UHGV virus genome: UHGV-0208172 | Length of the DNA stretch: 45,009 nt | Direction: 5' to 3' (one strand) | Origin: a virus | Shown: positions 8,816 through 17,589 of the stretch, in pieces | Position numbering within the stretch: the stretch's first letter is position 1 | How the letters are laid out: every line of letters starts with the position of its first letter | Position numbers and translations under genes: made by a program | Notes under the pieces: generated by a model | Told to the model about the DNA's origin: nothing | Database searches by the model: none | Seen by the model: only the letters and a program-made list of their open reading frames with translations

Positions 8816-11075
8816 AACGGTACACCTCTTCCCCGGCCCATGTTAGTGGGAATCCTTCGGCCCATTCAGGTAATGAGCATAGCAGATCACCCATCTCTTT
8901 AACCGTGTACTCCGGTGTGTCTGGTGTTTCGGCGACACATTCGTCATGTACGTGAAGTACAATTGGGTATCCCGCTGCCTCGACCGTCAGGAGTCCGTTA
9001 ACCAGTAAATCACGGCACAACGCTTGAATAATGTTTTCACACAATTTCCCGCCGTGGGTGTACAAAGTTGTCCACTGGCGGGTAGTCTGATTTTCGCCCT
9101 GGTACTTAATGCGAACGTTAGTTGTTACGCGCCCATCCTCGTCAGTTTCTTTAGTCACGCTTAAGCCTATGCCAGGGTAGGACATGATGCGCCCGGACGG
9201 CAACTCCACGCATAGCCACCAACCTGGCACAAAGTTACCCTGTCTGTCTTTCTCTTTAGTACGCCAGATGCGAATGGCCCTATCACCGTTGAGGCGGACT
9301 CTGGCCCCCGCCCAAAACTCTCGCCCCGGATTTCTGATTGCTGCAATTACCGAATCCTTAAGGTCGTTCCAGAATTTTACTGTTTCCGGATGAGCCTCCC
9401 GCCACATGCGCTTGATAGCATCGCAAGTGCGCCAGACTTCTTTAGGCAGCACATAAGAGGCCCGTTCATCTTTTTTACCGGGTTTCGGTGGTCGCTTAGC
9501 CTCCTGGATCCGCGCCCATTCATAACCTCGGGCAGTGGCGGCCCATATATGGTCAGGGAATGTTCCCCGCATTGTCTCCGTCATTTTAAAGAGGTCCAGA
9601 CCGTAAGTTTTAGCCATAGTCATGAAGGCCCCTACGCCCCCCTCGTAGCCAAGGCCGAGTTCGCAACATTTCCCGACCTGTCGCAGGTCCTTACGGGTGG
9701 CTTTCAGTTCTACAGGGTCCATACCAAACATCTTGCCCGCAGTGGCGCAGTAAATATCAATCCCCGCGCGGAACGTCTCAAGGGCAGACGTCTCCCCCGC
9801 CGTCCAGGCTAACCCACGCCCTTCCACGTTTGAGTAGTCGGCAACGAGCAACTTATTGCTTTTTTTCGGGATGATGCAACTGCGGACGGTTGAGGCCGTT
9901 AGTTTAGATACATCAAAACGGCGATGCGCTCGGCCCTTTAAAAGCAAATTGATGCCAAACGATAGCTGGTGCAGCCTGCGGTGCCACTCTTCGTCGGTCT
10001 CCCACTCAAAACGGACAAGCCCACCTTCGTTTTTAGGGTCGTCATGGTAGTACCCGCGCGACAGGTTCTGTGGTTGGAACGCTTTACCCGCAAATCGTAA
10101 AGTGCGCTTTGCCCCGCCGTACTGGATGCACCCACGTCGTCGTCCATCTTTGGACAGTCCTAGCAGGAGCGGTTTATATTTTGTCGACGCCGTGGAGGCT
10201 GCGCCGAGGCGCATCTCAATGATTGTACGCGCATCGTCGGGCAAGTCGTCGTCCTCTAATAAACCTTCGAGCGTTGCTTTCTGCGCATTATAAATATTGT
10301 AGGCCGGTGCCAGTTCCCGAAGGATTGGCAGGAAATCTTTGCCCGTTAGCTTCCCGCCGAACTTCGCGCGGGCCTCGTTTTTTAGCTCTTGCTTGTGGCG
10401 TTCAACCGCCGCTACCGCCGCCTCAGCAAGAGCCGTGTCAACAAAGAAGCCTCGGTCGTTGATTAGCTGGTCCAGCTCCAGTACACGGTCTTCGAATTCT
10501 GAGTTACCCCAACGCGGCAGCTTATGGAACACTTCACGCATCGCAGTGATGTCGCTCACGGCGTACTTGATAAACAAAGCCCACTCGTCCGGGTGCGTCT
10601 CAGCGGTGTAACGGCGGATTTTGTAGTTCTTCGGCGTGGGCTTAGAGAAACGCTTAATCAGCGCCTTGCCGCGTTTATCTTTCGCGTTGTCCGCGGACAC
10701 GCCCAGCACTTCGCACAACGCATCGAGCGACCCCGGCAGCGCGTGACGGAACGCCCAAATCATCGTATCAATGGTGTTACTTACCGGAATATCGAAACCC
10801 CAGCAGTGCTTCATGATGAGCCTGTCGAACATTGAACCATTGTGCCATACCATCTTGATGCGGCTGTTGGGCTTAACAAGGCGGCGTAGCGCGCGGTGCA
10901 AATCGCCTGGCATGTCGCTGCCGTCGGTGCAATCCCATACCTGCACAGGCTCGTCGTCAAAAGCATAGGTACAGATGAGCACTTCGGTTGACGGGTGTTC
11001 GGCGTAAGCGTAGGAACCGACTTTCTTCAAATCGGCTTCGGAGAATGTTTCAAAGTCCAGGTATAAGTAGCTCAT
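8805..11075 (-). CDS. family A DNA polymerase with 3'-5' exonuclease domain
   Basis: Exo I LDFETFS; pol motif A DYSNVEGR, motif B RQVGKCCELGLGYEGG, motif C HVHDE; likely start ATG at 11075 with RBS AAGGAAAAAG (track start 11129 is TTG). Confidence 0.9.
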   Translation of the reverse strand: MSYLYLDFETFSEADLKKVGSYAYAEHPSTEVLICTYAFDDEPVQVWDCTDGSDMPGDLHRALRRLVKPNSRIKMVWHNGSMFDRLIMKHCWGFDIPVSNTIDTMIWAFRHALPGSLDALCEVLGVSADNAKDKRGKALIKRFSKPTPKNYKIRRYTAETHPDEWALFIKYAVSDITAMREVFHKLPRWGNSEFEDRVLELDQLINDRGFFVDTALAEAAVAAVERHKQELKNEARAKFGGKLTGKDFLPILRELAPAYNIYNAQKATLEGLLEDDDLPDDARTIIEMRLGAASTASTKYKPLLLGLSKDGRRRGCIQYGGAKRTLRFAGKAFQPQNLSRGYYHDDPKNEGGLVRFEWETDEEWHRRLHQLSFGINLLLKGRAHRRFDVSKLTASTVRSCIIPKKSNKLLVADYSNVEGRGLAWTAGETSALETFRAGIDIYCATAGKMFGMDPVELKATRKDLRQVGKCCELGLGYEGGVGAFMTMAKTYGLDLFKMTETMRGTFPDHIWAATARGYEWARIQEAKRPPKPGKKDERASYVLPKEVWRTCDAIKRMWREAHPETVKFWNDLKDSVIAAIRNPGREFWAGARVRLNGDRAIRIWRTKEKDRQGNFVPGWWLCVELPSGRIMSYPGIGLSVTKETDEDGRVTTNVRIKYQGENQTTRQWTTLYTHGGKLCENIIQALCRDLLVNGLLTVEAAGYPIVLHVHDECVAETPDTPEYTVKEMGDLLCSLPEWAEGFPLTWAGEEVYRYAK

Positions 11076-11244
11076 TTCTTTTTCCTTAAATCCAGTGCCT
11101 TCGTTTCGCTTAATCTTATTTTCATACAATCACGGCAAATCCACACATGCCGGTGTCCGGCCCGGTAATCATCCGCGTACCACGGAAGCGGTTTGATATA
11201 GTGGTAAACGTGCTTACAGAAAAACATTATTTTCGACCCTTAGT

Positions 11245-11267
11245 AAAAAGGCCCAATGAAGGGCCTT
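11245..11267 (-). terminator. rho-independent terminator downstream of SSB-like gene
   Basis: AAGGCCC-TTCATT-GGGCCTT hairpin followed by TTTTT on - strand. Confidence 0.5.
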
Positions 11268-11286
11268 AGTTAAATTGATTCAGATA

Positions 11287-11913
11287 TTAGCGACGACGGC
11301 GTTCGCGGCGCGGTGCTTCATCTTCTTCGTCGTCTTCCAGGTCATTGACGCTTGCAGCGACTTTAGAACCACCGAACGCTTTACCTTCGCCGACGTATTT
11401 AATTGCCAGCAGGTTAACACCGAGAACTTTGTATTTCTGGCTGAACCAGATTTCTACGCTTACGTTGGCGACGCAACCGCTGTAAACCTGTTCGCCTTCA
11501 ATCTGTTCGCCGTCTACGTTGAAGTCCTGCTCTACCTGAGTCTCGCCTTTTTTAGAGGTTACAATCAGTGGCTGCTTCTGGGCCTTCGCCTTGAAGTAGA
11601 AGCCTTCCGGGAAGTCTTCAAACGGATTGTCGCGCTCGGCAATGTCTTTAATTGCGCATTTATCCATGTGCTTACCTTCTCCGTAGTTGGACTTCATCCA
11701 CTTCTCGGCGGCGGCTGCACCCAACGCCTCTTCAACTACAGCGTAAACGGTGTCGTAGAGCGCGTCGATTTGTGCGTGGTCAGACGGCAGGATGATAGTC
11801 GCGCTGTACTGGCCTTTAGTGATTGAGCCATCATCGTTTTCACGGTCTTTTTCGCGTTCGAATACGTTAACCCAGGCAGTGTTTACTTTACGCAGATTCA
11901 GTTTAATACCCAT
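11287..11913 (-). CDS. phage ssDNA-binding protein-like (DUF2815-type)
   Basis: 208 aa; acidic C-terminal stretch DLEDDEEDE followed by RRERRRR; position next to polymerase and Cas4-like nuclease. Confidence 0.6.
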   Translation of the reverse strand: MGIKLNLRKVNTAWVNVFEREKDRENDDGSITKGQYSATIILPSDHAQIDALYDTVYAVVEEALGAAAAEKWMKSNYGEGKHMDKCAIKDIAERDNPFEDFPEGFYFKAKAQKQPLIVTSKKGETQVEQDFNVDGEQIEGEQVYSGCVANVSVEIWFSQKYKVLGVNLLAIKYVGEGKAFGGSKVAASVNDLEDDEEDEAPRRERRRR

Positions 11914-11966
11914 CTTAATTTCTCGCTTTTAAGTTTACTCCGGGAACTGCCCGGCCAGTGATTAGA

Positions 11967-11995
11967 ACTATAATAGCTAACTATTCAGGTGTCAA
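11967..11995 (-). promoter_or_regulatory. sigma70-like promoter (class B: TTGACA-N17-TATAGT) upstream of SSB-like gene
   Basis: Read on - strand: TTGACA CCTGAATAGTTAGCTAT TATAGT. Confidence 0.5.
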
Positions 11996-11999
11996 CACT

Positions 12000-13241
12000 T
12001 TATTCCAAATCTTCTTCACTAACCTGATTCCAACCGAAGCTGTTAAAGTGATACCGGAAGAAGAACTGAAAGACTTCATCACACGTAAGCCAGGTGCCCA
12101 GTTCTTCTTCCGGTATCACTTTAACAGCTTCGGTTGGCGTCATGAGCACTTCTTTAGTCAGCTTGTCGCCGTAGAGTTCTGCTACTTTCTCTGCGTCTTT
12201 CCACGCACGGTTGCCCATCTTACCCTCCACCAGCTTGTACCCAGGAACTTTCTTACCGGAATGCAATGCGGCGGACATCGCTTTCTCAACCTTGTCGATG
12301 TGCTGGCGCAACAGCGGCAACTTCTCATACTCAACTACGAGTTGCTCCGGCGTCAGTTCCAGCACAAAGTCGTCTTCAAGTTCTTCCGCCAGTACCGCGT
12401 TAACGGTTTTTGTACGCGCGGCGCATTGTTCAGAGAACCGGCACCACTGACAACCATCGACCGACGGCCTGAAGTCCGATGCTTTCAGGTTCTTTTTACC
12501 GCGGAAATAAGCATCAAGCGCTAACAGTGCGCGTTTCTGCGCGAACTTAGCGAACAGTTCCAGACCTTCAACCGAGATGTCCCACTCCGACGCACCGCCT
12601 GCGTACGGCTGAAAGATGACCAGGCGAACAACTGTGATGTTATAACGTCTCTTGAGTCGGCGATAAACACCGAGAGCGTAAAGCATAAGCTGCTTGTTTT
12701 CTTTCGCTTCGACACGATGTCGTCCAGTTTTAAGGTCGCCGATGATTAGCATGTGTTCGTCGGTGTTAGCCAGTTCCTGCACGGCAACAAGGTCGGCCGT
12801 TCCGAACGTCTCAACGCCTTCATACCCCGGATGCAACACCTCAGTAAGATTTACCCGCATTTCCAGCTTGGCGTAAGTCGCTACGTCGATAATTGGTTTG
12901 CAGTAGTCGGTGTACTTGCGCACCTGCTCAATCATGTCCGCCGTAATCAGTACCGCGCCTTTCATCGGGCTAATTAGCGCCTTAATCTGGCCTTTACCCT
13001 CGTCCAGCACGTAAGCACCTACCTCGCGCTCTAATGGCAACGCAGTGCCTTTTATATACTGGTTTAGATGGACCTCAGCTATAGTGTGACATGCGGTTCC
13101 TGTAACGGCGGCTTTACCGGACGTGTTAGGAATATCTTTTTCACAGGCCAGGGATGCAGCGCAACTTAGCCACTTTTTAGCGCCAGACGGTGACAGTAAA
13201 GCGTGCACATCGTTATTGCCGCCGCGTTCCTTTAAAATCAT
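12000..13241 (-). CDS. Cas4/RecB-like PD-(D/E)XK nuclease with Fe-S cysteine cluster (DUF2800-type)
   Basis: 413 aa; N-terminal SPSGAKKWLSC, nuclease motifs DLVAV / IGDLKTG / QLMLYAL, C-terminal CQWCRFSEQC (C-x2-C-x5-C). Confidence 0.7.
   Translation of the reverse strand: MILKERGGNNDVHALLSPSGAKKWLSCAASLACEKDIPNTSGKAAVTGTACHTIAEVHLNQYIKGTALPLEREVGAYVLDEGKGQIKALISPMKGAVLITADMIEQVRKYTDYCKPIIDVATYAKLEMRVNLTEVLHPGYEGVETFGTADLVAVQELANTDEHMLIIGDLKTGRHRVEAKENKQLMLYALGVYRRLKRRYNITVVRLVIFQPYAGGASEWDISVEGLELFAKFAQKRALLALDAYFRGKKNLKASDFRPSVDGCQWCRFSEQCAARTKTVNAVLAEELEDDFVLELTPEQLVVEYEKLPLLRQHIDKVEKAMSAALHSGKKVPGYKLVEGKMGNRAWKDAEKVAELYGDKLTKEVLMTPTEAVKVIPEEELGTWLTCDEVFQFFFRYHFNSFGWNQVSEEDLE
12030..12137. 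repeat. perfect 39-bp inverted repeat (arms 12030-12068 and 12099-12137, 30-nt spacer) inside the nuclease coding sequence
   Basis: Arm 1 CCAACCGAAGCTGTTAAAGTGATACCGGAAGAAGAACTG is the exact reverse complement of arm 2. Confidence 0.85.
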
Positions 13242-13600
13242 CGTAAACTCTCCAAATACAAGTTTAATGCCTGTAGCTGTTCTTCTGTGGGAATGAAAGA
13301 ACCATCGCGATGTAAGTCGCTTAACTGTTGCAACATTCCTGCGAACTGACGTCTTGCGTCAACAGCGACCATGTGATGCTTTTCACTTTTATATATTAAT
13401 GTTTTCGGGTAATCCTCAAGTCTACCAGAAGATTTATTCACGCGGAGTGCTCGAGCTTCATGCACAATGTGGATGTACTTTTTGCCGTTTTGTAACACAG
13501 TAGCTACGCCGCTGTTCTTTCTGCGGTCACCGACGGTATAGACTTTGTCGCCACTACGCAGGTTAAGCCACCATTTATCGGTCATACCCTGTTCTCCCAC
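13238..13600 (-). CDS. hypothetical protein (120 aa)
   Basis: ORF in leftward replication operon, overlaps neighbours. Confidence 0.5.
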   Translation of the reverse strand: MGEQGMTDKWWLNLRSGDKVYTVGDRRKNSGVATVLQNGKKYIHIVHEARALRVNKSSGRLEDYPKTLIYKSEKHHMVAVDARRQFAGMLQQLSDLHRDGSFIPTEEQLQALNLYLESLR

Positions 13601-13854
13601 TGGTCAATTAAATGTCGTGTCTGGCGATGGCAATGCATGGCCCACCCATACATCGACTCGAAGACATAAAAGTCAGGTTTGGCGAATGTCGTGCGCTTAA
13701 TCTGAGACACATGACGGCCTATATCTTTAGGTCGTGGTACTTTTCCTAAGTACGCCATCTCTTCCATATAGTGCGCACCGGACGGCGCACGCAATAGCCA
13801 CAACGCCTCTGTGTTATCCCGCCTGTCAACGGCGCGGTATAGTTGATAAATCAT
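13582..13854 (-). CDS. hypothetical protein (90 aa)
   Basis: ORF in leftward operon. Confidence 0.5.
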   Translation of the reverse strand: MIYQLYRAVDRRDNTEALWLLRAPSGAHYMEEMAYLGKVPRPKDIGRHVSQIKRTTFAKPDFYVFESMYGWAMHCHRQTRHLIDQWENRV

Positions 13855-13897
13855 ATTTCCGACCCTCAGTTAAAGCGGCCCGAAGGCCGCGGGATAG

Positions 13898-14416
13898 TTA
13901 TTCTTCTTCAAAATACTTGTTCTTGATTTCTGTGAGGCGTTCCAGGTACTCAGCCAGGTCTTCGTCTTTAATCGCGGCAATCTTCATCTTCTTACCGGTG
14001 AACTCTTCCAGCAGTTCATCAGAATCATCGCACGCGGCATCGCTCGGGCCTTCGTTAATCGCATCGTCGATAGCCTGAATCTGATTGCGAAGAGACTCGT
14101 AATCAATCATCTCATCTACCTGCTCTGGTGTTACAGTTTCCTCTACTTTAGCTTTACGCGGCTTACGTTTCGGCTTCTCTTCTTCTGCCGGTTTAGTGTC
14201 TACGATGTCTTCGCCTTCGACCGGGATTTCTTTCACCTTATCTACTTCCTCAAGTGCTTTAGCCAGTTCTTTTTTAACTGTTTCTACCCCCGTGACCGCT
14301 ACGTCAACGGTTAATTCACCTACTGATTTGCTGTTTTGCGGTTTCGCGCTGTTAGCGGCAATCAGTTCATGGGCGACTACAAAACGTTCCAGTAATTTTA
14401 AAAATTGGTCTAACAT
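13898..14416 (-). CDS. highly acidic hypothetical protein (172 aa) with a basic KPKRKPRKAK patch
   Basis: ORF translationally coupled to upstream gene (ATGA); Glu/Asp-rich. Confidence 0.55.
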   Translation of the reverse strand: MLDQFLKLLERFVVAHELIAANSAKPQNSKSVGELTVDVAVTGVETVKKELAKALEEVDKVKEIPVEGEDIVDTKPAEEEKPKRKPRKAKVEETVTPEQVDEMIDYESLRNQIQAIDDAINEGPSDAACDDSDELLEEFTGKKMKIAAIKDEDLAEYLERLTEIKNKYFEEE

Positions 14417-14673
14417 TATTTGTTCTCCTGTTTATTTAACTCATTTTTATAGTCTTCGTAGTAAACTACTTCACTTTCAAGCGGTCTGGATGGCTCGCGC
14501 ACCAGACCGGATGCTATACCGCCGTATATCTCGGCACAATCGTACGGCCAGTTTCCGGTAGAGTCGTAGAAGTCAATCGTCGCTTCATCTACAAACCTAA
14601 CACATTCCGTAGCCTCTGCAGGCCAGCCCCCATACTTAGGTAGTTCTTTAAGAAGCAAGTCAATTAACTGCAT
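14416..14673 (-). CDS. hypothetical protein (85 aa)
   Basis: First gene after class B promoter at 14705; RBS GAGAGGAG. Confidence 0.5.
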   Translation of the reverse strand: MQLIDLLLKELPKYGGWPAEATECVRFVDEATIDFYDSTGNWPYDCAEIYGGIASGLVREPSRPLESEVVYYEDYKNELNKQENK

Positions 14674-14704
14674 CTGTTTCTCTCCTCTCGTTTGGTATGG
14701 GCTA

Positions 14705-14733
14705 ACTATAATAGCTAACTATTCACGTGTCAA
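14705..14733 (-). promoter_or_regulatory. sigma70-like promoter (class B: TTGACA-N17-TATAGT) with GTGAATAGT operator-like core
   Basis: Read on - strand: TTGACA CGTGAATAGTTAGCTAT TATAGT; 30 nt upstream of ATG at 14673. Confidence 0.55.
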
Positions 14734-14737
14734 CGGG

Positions 14738-14766
14738 CTTTTATAAAATAATTAATATGGTACTAT
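14738..14766 (+). promoter_or_regulatory. putative weak rightward promoter for the Cro-like gene (-10 TACTAT, AT-rich -35 region), divergent from promoter at 14705
   Basis: TACTATTCAC -10 region identical to class A promoters; poor -35 (CTTTTA). Confidence 0.35.
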
Positions 14767-14797
14767 TCACATATCAACTGACTAAGGAGTAATTGAC

Positions 14798-15013
14798 ATG
14801 CAACCATCTGAACTAGGCATTCGCGTAGAACAACGCCGTAAAGAACTCGGCATCTCCCAGCGCCGTCTGGCTGTCCTGGCCGGCGTTTCCCAGGGCGCGA
14901 TTAACCAGCTTGCACTCGGTGTAACTCAGGACGTCCGCCCGGCAACGCTGTTTAAACTGGCGGAAGTGCTGGAAGTAGACGCCAAGTGGCTGGCGTTAGG
15001 TGAAGGGGCTTAA
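14798..15013 (+). CDS. XRE-family helix-turn-helix transcriptional regulator (Cro/CI-like)
   Basis: 71 aa; HTH QRRLAVLAGVSQGAINQLALG; RBS AAGGAG; only + strand gene within the leftward module. Confidence 0.8.
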   Translation: MQPSELGIRVEQRRKELGISQRRLAVLAGVSQGAINQLALGVTQDVRPATLFKLAEVLEVDAKWLALGEGA

Positions 15014-15029
15014 GCCCCTTTCTTTTTAC

Positions 15030-17297
15030 CTATTCCAAATCCTCCTCTGTCACTGTCAGCATTTCATTCGGTTCGTATATTGTCTTCGGAATCTTGTTAT
15101 CCGTTATCCTGGTGTTAAGCCGGTAGCGGCCAGGTATTATCTGATTGTTTTCGTCGGTTCCTGGCACAAGATACCCCGCCTCAACCATTTTCTTGATCTT
15201 CCCGCGTTCTATAGCTTCTTTGGAGTTAAACGCCTTCGCGTTGGGGTCGGACTGTGCGAGCTTATTAGCTGCGGCTACCGTGATACCTTCGTTGCCGTTG
15301 TAGGTTCCTTCCGCCAGTTCAAACGCCGCCAGTATCGTGGCCTCCGAACTGTTGACGGCGTTCTCTACGGTTTTACGTACGTTTTCTTTACCTTCTTTCG
15401 ACAGCCCCTCTTCCCGCTCTTTCTCCTCGTCGGTCTTGAACGGCTCGAAGCCCCACGGCATCAGCACAAGCGCTTTGTGCGGCTCTGGCAGGTCCAGGTT
15501 TACGATTGTGCCGTATTCCTCTGTGCTACCGAGGAACTCAACCGCGCGGTATTCTTTCGGCGGCGGGGCTTCGCGGAACTGTACCGACTCCAGCACCATG
15601 CCAACCGTCTTCTGTTGGGGTCCGTGTTTGAATTTCGAGTGGTATACATTTATCTGACGGTCTGTCGCGCGTTCGATTGTCAGTTCCACGTCGACACCCG
15701 CGTACAGCGCCCCACTGCCACGGGCTTTCTTCCCGCCCTTAGGCGTATGGTGGACGACGCCCACCGCGGCTTTAGTCGCATCACGTACTTCTTTCAGGAT
15801 GGCGATAACTTTACCCATGCCGATTGCCGTTGATGAGCTGTTCTCGTCGAACTTATCAATCGTCAGGGCCAGCGTCTGGTTGAGGGTGTCGAACGCAACC
15901 ATGCCAATAGGCTCGTCGCCAGCGGTTTCGCGCATTAGCTTAATCAGGCTTTTCAGTTTTCCGACTTCACCCATGTCGATGACATGTACATAATCTTTAC
16001 CTTCCGCGCCATATTTAGCCGCGAGCGCATCAATACGTGTACGTGTGGCGGCGCCGCCCTCGCCGTCGATATAGAAATGGTGGCAACGCTGGGTATCCGC
16101 CCCCGCAAACCGGTATCCGGCGGCGCTGAGGTACATCATCCCCATCGTATAGAATGATTTGTACGTGCCAGATTCCCCGACAATATCCCAGATACAATCC
16201 GACGGCATGTACCCCTCAACGACGAAATCAGCCTTTACCGGTTCTGGTAACTCGTCCCCCTCTGAGTCCTCATCGTCTTCCAGGTCGTCGAGGCTGCATG
16301 AAACAGATTCACGCGCACCCCATCCTATAGCCTCAGCCACTTCACTGAACGGCAGCCCGGTCGCATCGCACGCATACTTCCACACCTCTTTCGGCGACAT
16401 ACCTTCGGTTGCCGTAATGTCGGTGTCGTGAATCATGGTTACGTTCGGCGCTTCATATCCCTCGCGTGGGAAGCACAACAGGAAGTCGTCCGGGCGCGGC
16501 GTCGGGTCGCTGTAGTTTTCTGCGTGTTCATGTGTAGCTGGCATCTTAAGGCCTCGGGGGGTCATGATGCCACCGTACTCGAACGCCAGTGCCTCGAACG
16601 CGTCTGTAAACGCGGTGCGCAGTTCTTCCGGTATCTGGTAGTCAGATGCGCTGCTCACCTCGTAATCCGGGATGCCTTCCAGTAATTCGTCCGGGTCAAT
16701 CAGGTCGTTACGGCGCGACCAGATAACAGTAGAGCCAACCGGCGGCAGGTACATAGGCTGGGACAGAGTGAAACCGCTGCGGTCAGCGCCCATGCCTTTG
16801 AAGAAGTGCTCCAGCAAGCCATGACGAACACGGATGATGTCTCCGCCTTCAACCGGGCGGCCCAGCGGCATGACGACACGAAAGCGCGGTGACTCATCGG
16901 TATGTGATGCCGTGGTATAGATACACATTGCCTGGCGGCTGCGCTTAACCAGGCGCACCGCTTCCTGATACTCTTCCGGCGTCGCACTGTCGAAGTCAAG
17001 ATACGCCAGCGATGATTTGCTTACAGACGCGTCACAGCGGTAGAAGAAGCCTTTGCGCGCTTGCTTAAAGTCACCGGTTTCCGGGTCTTTTACGGTGCTG
17101 TGCGTTGAGTCACACGCGGCAGTGATATAACCAGGCGCGGTCTTAGGGTTAATCCCGTCGCGAACGGCATCGAGCGGCCGGATTAACTCTTTCAGGTCGT
17201 CCAGTGTTGCCGTGTGTGTGGTTCTGACGTTTATATCCTTTTTCTCCGCCCGCGCGTTGCGACGAGACCACGAGTAGGATAAAATTACATCGGACAT
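15030..17297 (-). CDS. primase-helicase (N-terminal primase-like region, C-terminal RecA/DnaB-like AAA ATPase)
   Basis: 755 aa; Walker A GESGTYKS, Walker B-like IGMVAFD; ends with EEDLE. Confidence 0.75.
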   Translation of the reverse strand: MSDVILSYSWSRRNARAEKKDINVRTTHTATLDDLKELIRPLDAVRDGINPKTAPGYITAACDSTHSTVKDPETGDFKQARKGFFYRCDASVSKSSLAYLDFDSATPEEYQEAVRLVKRSRQAMCIYTTASHTDESPRFRVVMPLGRPVEGGDIIRVRHGLLEHFFKGMGADRSGFTLSQPMYLPPVGSTVIWSRRNDLIDPDELLEGIPDYEVSSASDYQIPEELRTAFTDAFEALAFEYGGIMTPRGLKMPATHEHAENYSDPTPRPDDFLLCFPREGYEAPNVTMIHDTDITATEGMSPKEVWKYACDATGLPFSEVAEAIGWGARESVSCSLDDLEDDEDSEGDELPEPVKADFVVEGYMPSDCIWDIVGESGTYKSFYTMGMMYLSAAGYRFAGADTQRCHHFYIDGEGGAATRTRIDALAAKYGAEGKDYVHVIDMGEVGKLKSLIKLMRETAGDEPIGMVAFDTLNQTLALTIDKFDENSSSTAIGMGKVIAILKEVRDATKAAVGVVHHTPKGGKKARGSGALYAGVDVELTIERATDRQINVYHSKFKHGPQQKTVGMVLESVQFREAPPPKEYRAVEFLGSTEEYGTIVNLDLPEPHKALVLMPWGFEPFKTDEEKEREEGLSKEGKENVRKTVENAVNSSEATILAAFELAEGTYNGNEGITVAAANKLAQSDPNAKAFNSKEAIERGKIKKMVEAGYLVPGTDENNQIIPGRYRLNTRITDNKIPKTIYEPNEMLTVTEEDLE

Positions 17298-17355
17298 GTT
17301 GTATTTCCTTCAGCAAGTAATTTGGCCTCGGCGTTCACCGCGTCGGGGCTTTCTT

Positions 17356-17589
17356 TTATTCCAGGTCTTCTAAAGTAGCGGCCATTCCGCGAACTTCAGC
17401 AACGGCGCTATATTTCCCGCCAACATTTTTCACGACACCGGATTTAACCAGTACCTTCAACGACCCTTCAATAATGGCGGAACTATAGTACTTAAAATAA
17501 CTACGGCGCAAGTCGATAACGCTGCACGACCCCTTTTTACGCGTCAACGAAACGACTGCCGTAAATACACGCGACTGGAACTCGGTCAT
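17356..17589 (-). CDS. hypothetical protein (77 aa) ending in LEDLE
   Basis: ATGA coupling with upstream HTH gene. Confidence 0.5.
   Translation of the reverse strand: MTEFQSRVFTAVVSLTRKKGSCSVIDLRRSYFKYYSSAIIEGSLKVLVKSGVVKNVGGKYSAVAEVRGMAATLEDLE

Noticed and set aside
9184-10968. Several + strand ORFs (69-140 aa) within the DNA polymerase gene
   Set aside because: Antisense to a polymerase gene with clear catalytic motifs; Arg/Pro/Ser-rich translations characteristic of antisense reading of coding DNA.
11275-12524. + strand ORFs 11275..11826 and 11958..12524 opposite the SSB-like and nuclease genes
   Set aside because: Shadow ORFs; the second owes part of its length to the 39-bp inverted repeat, which makes both strands read the same peptide.
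15000-15833. 277-aa + strand ORF opposite the primase-helicase gene
   Set aside because: Antisense to a gene with Walker motifs; implausible composition; would overlap the Cro-like gene.
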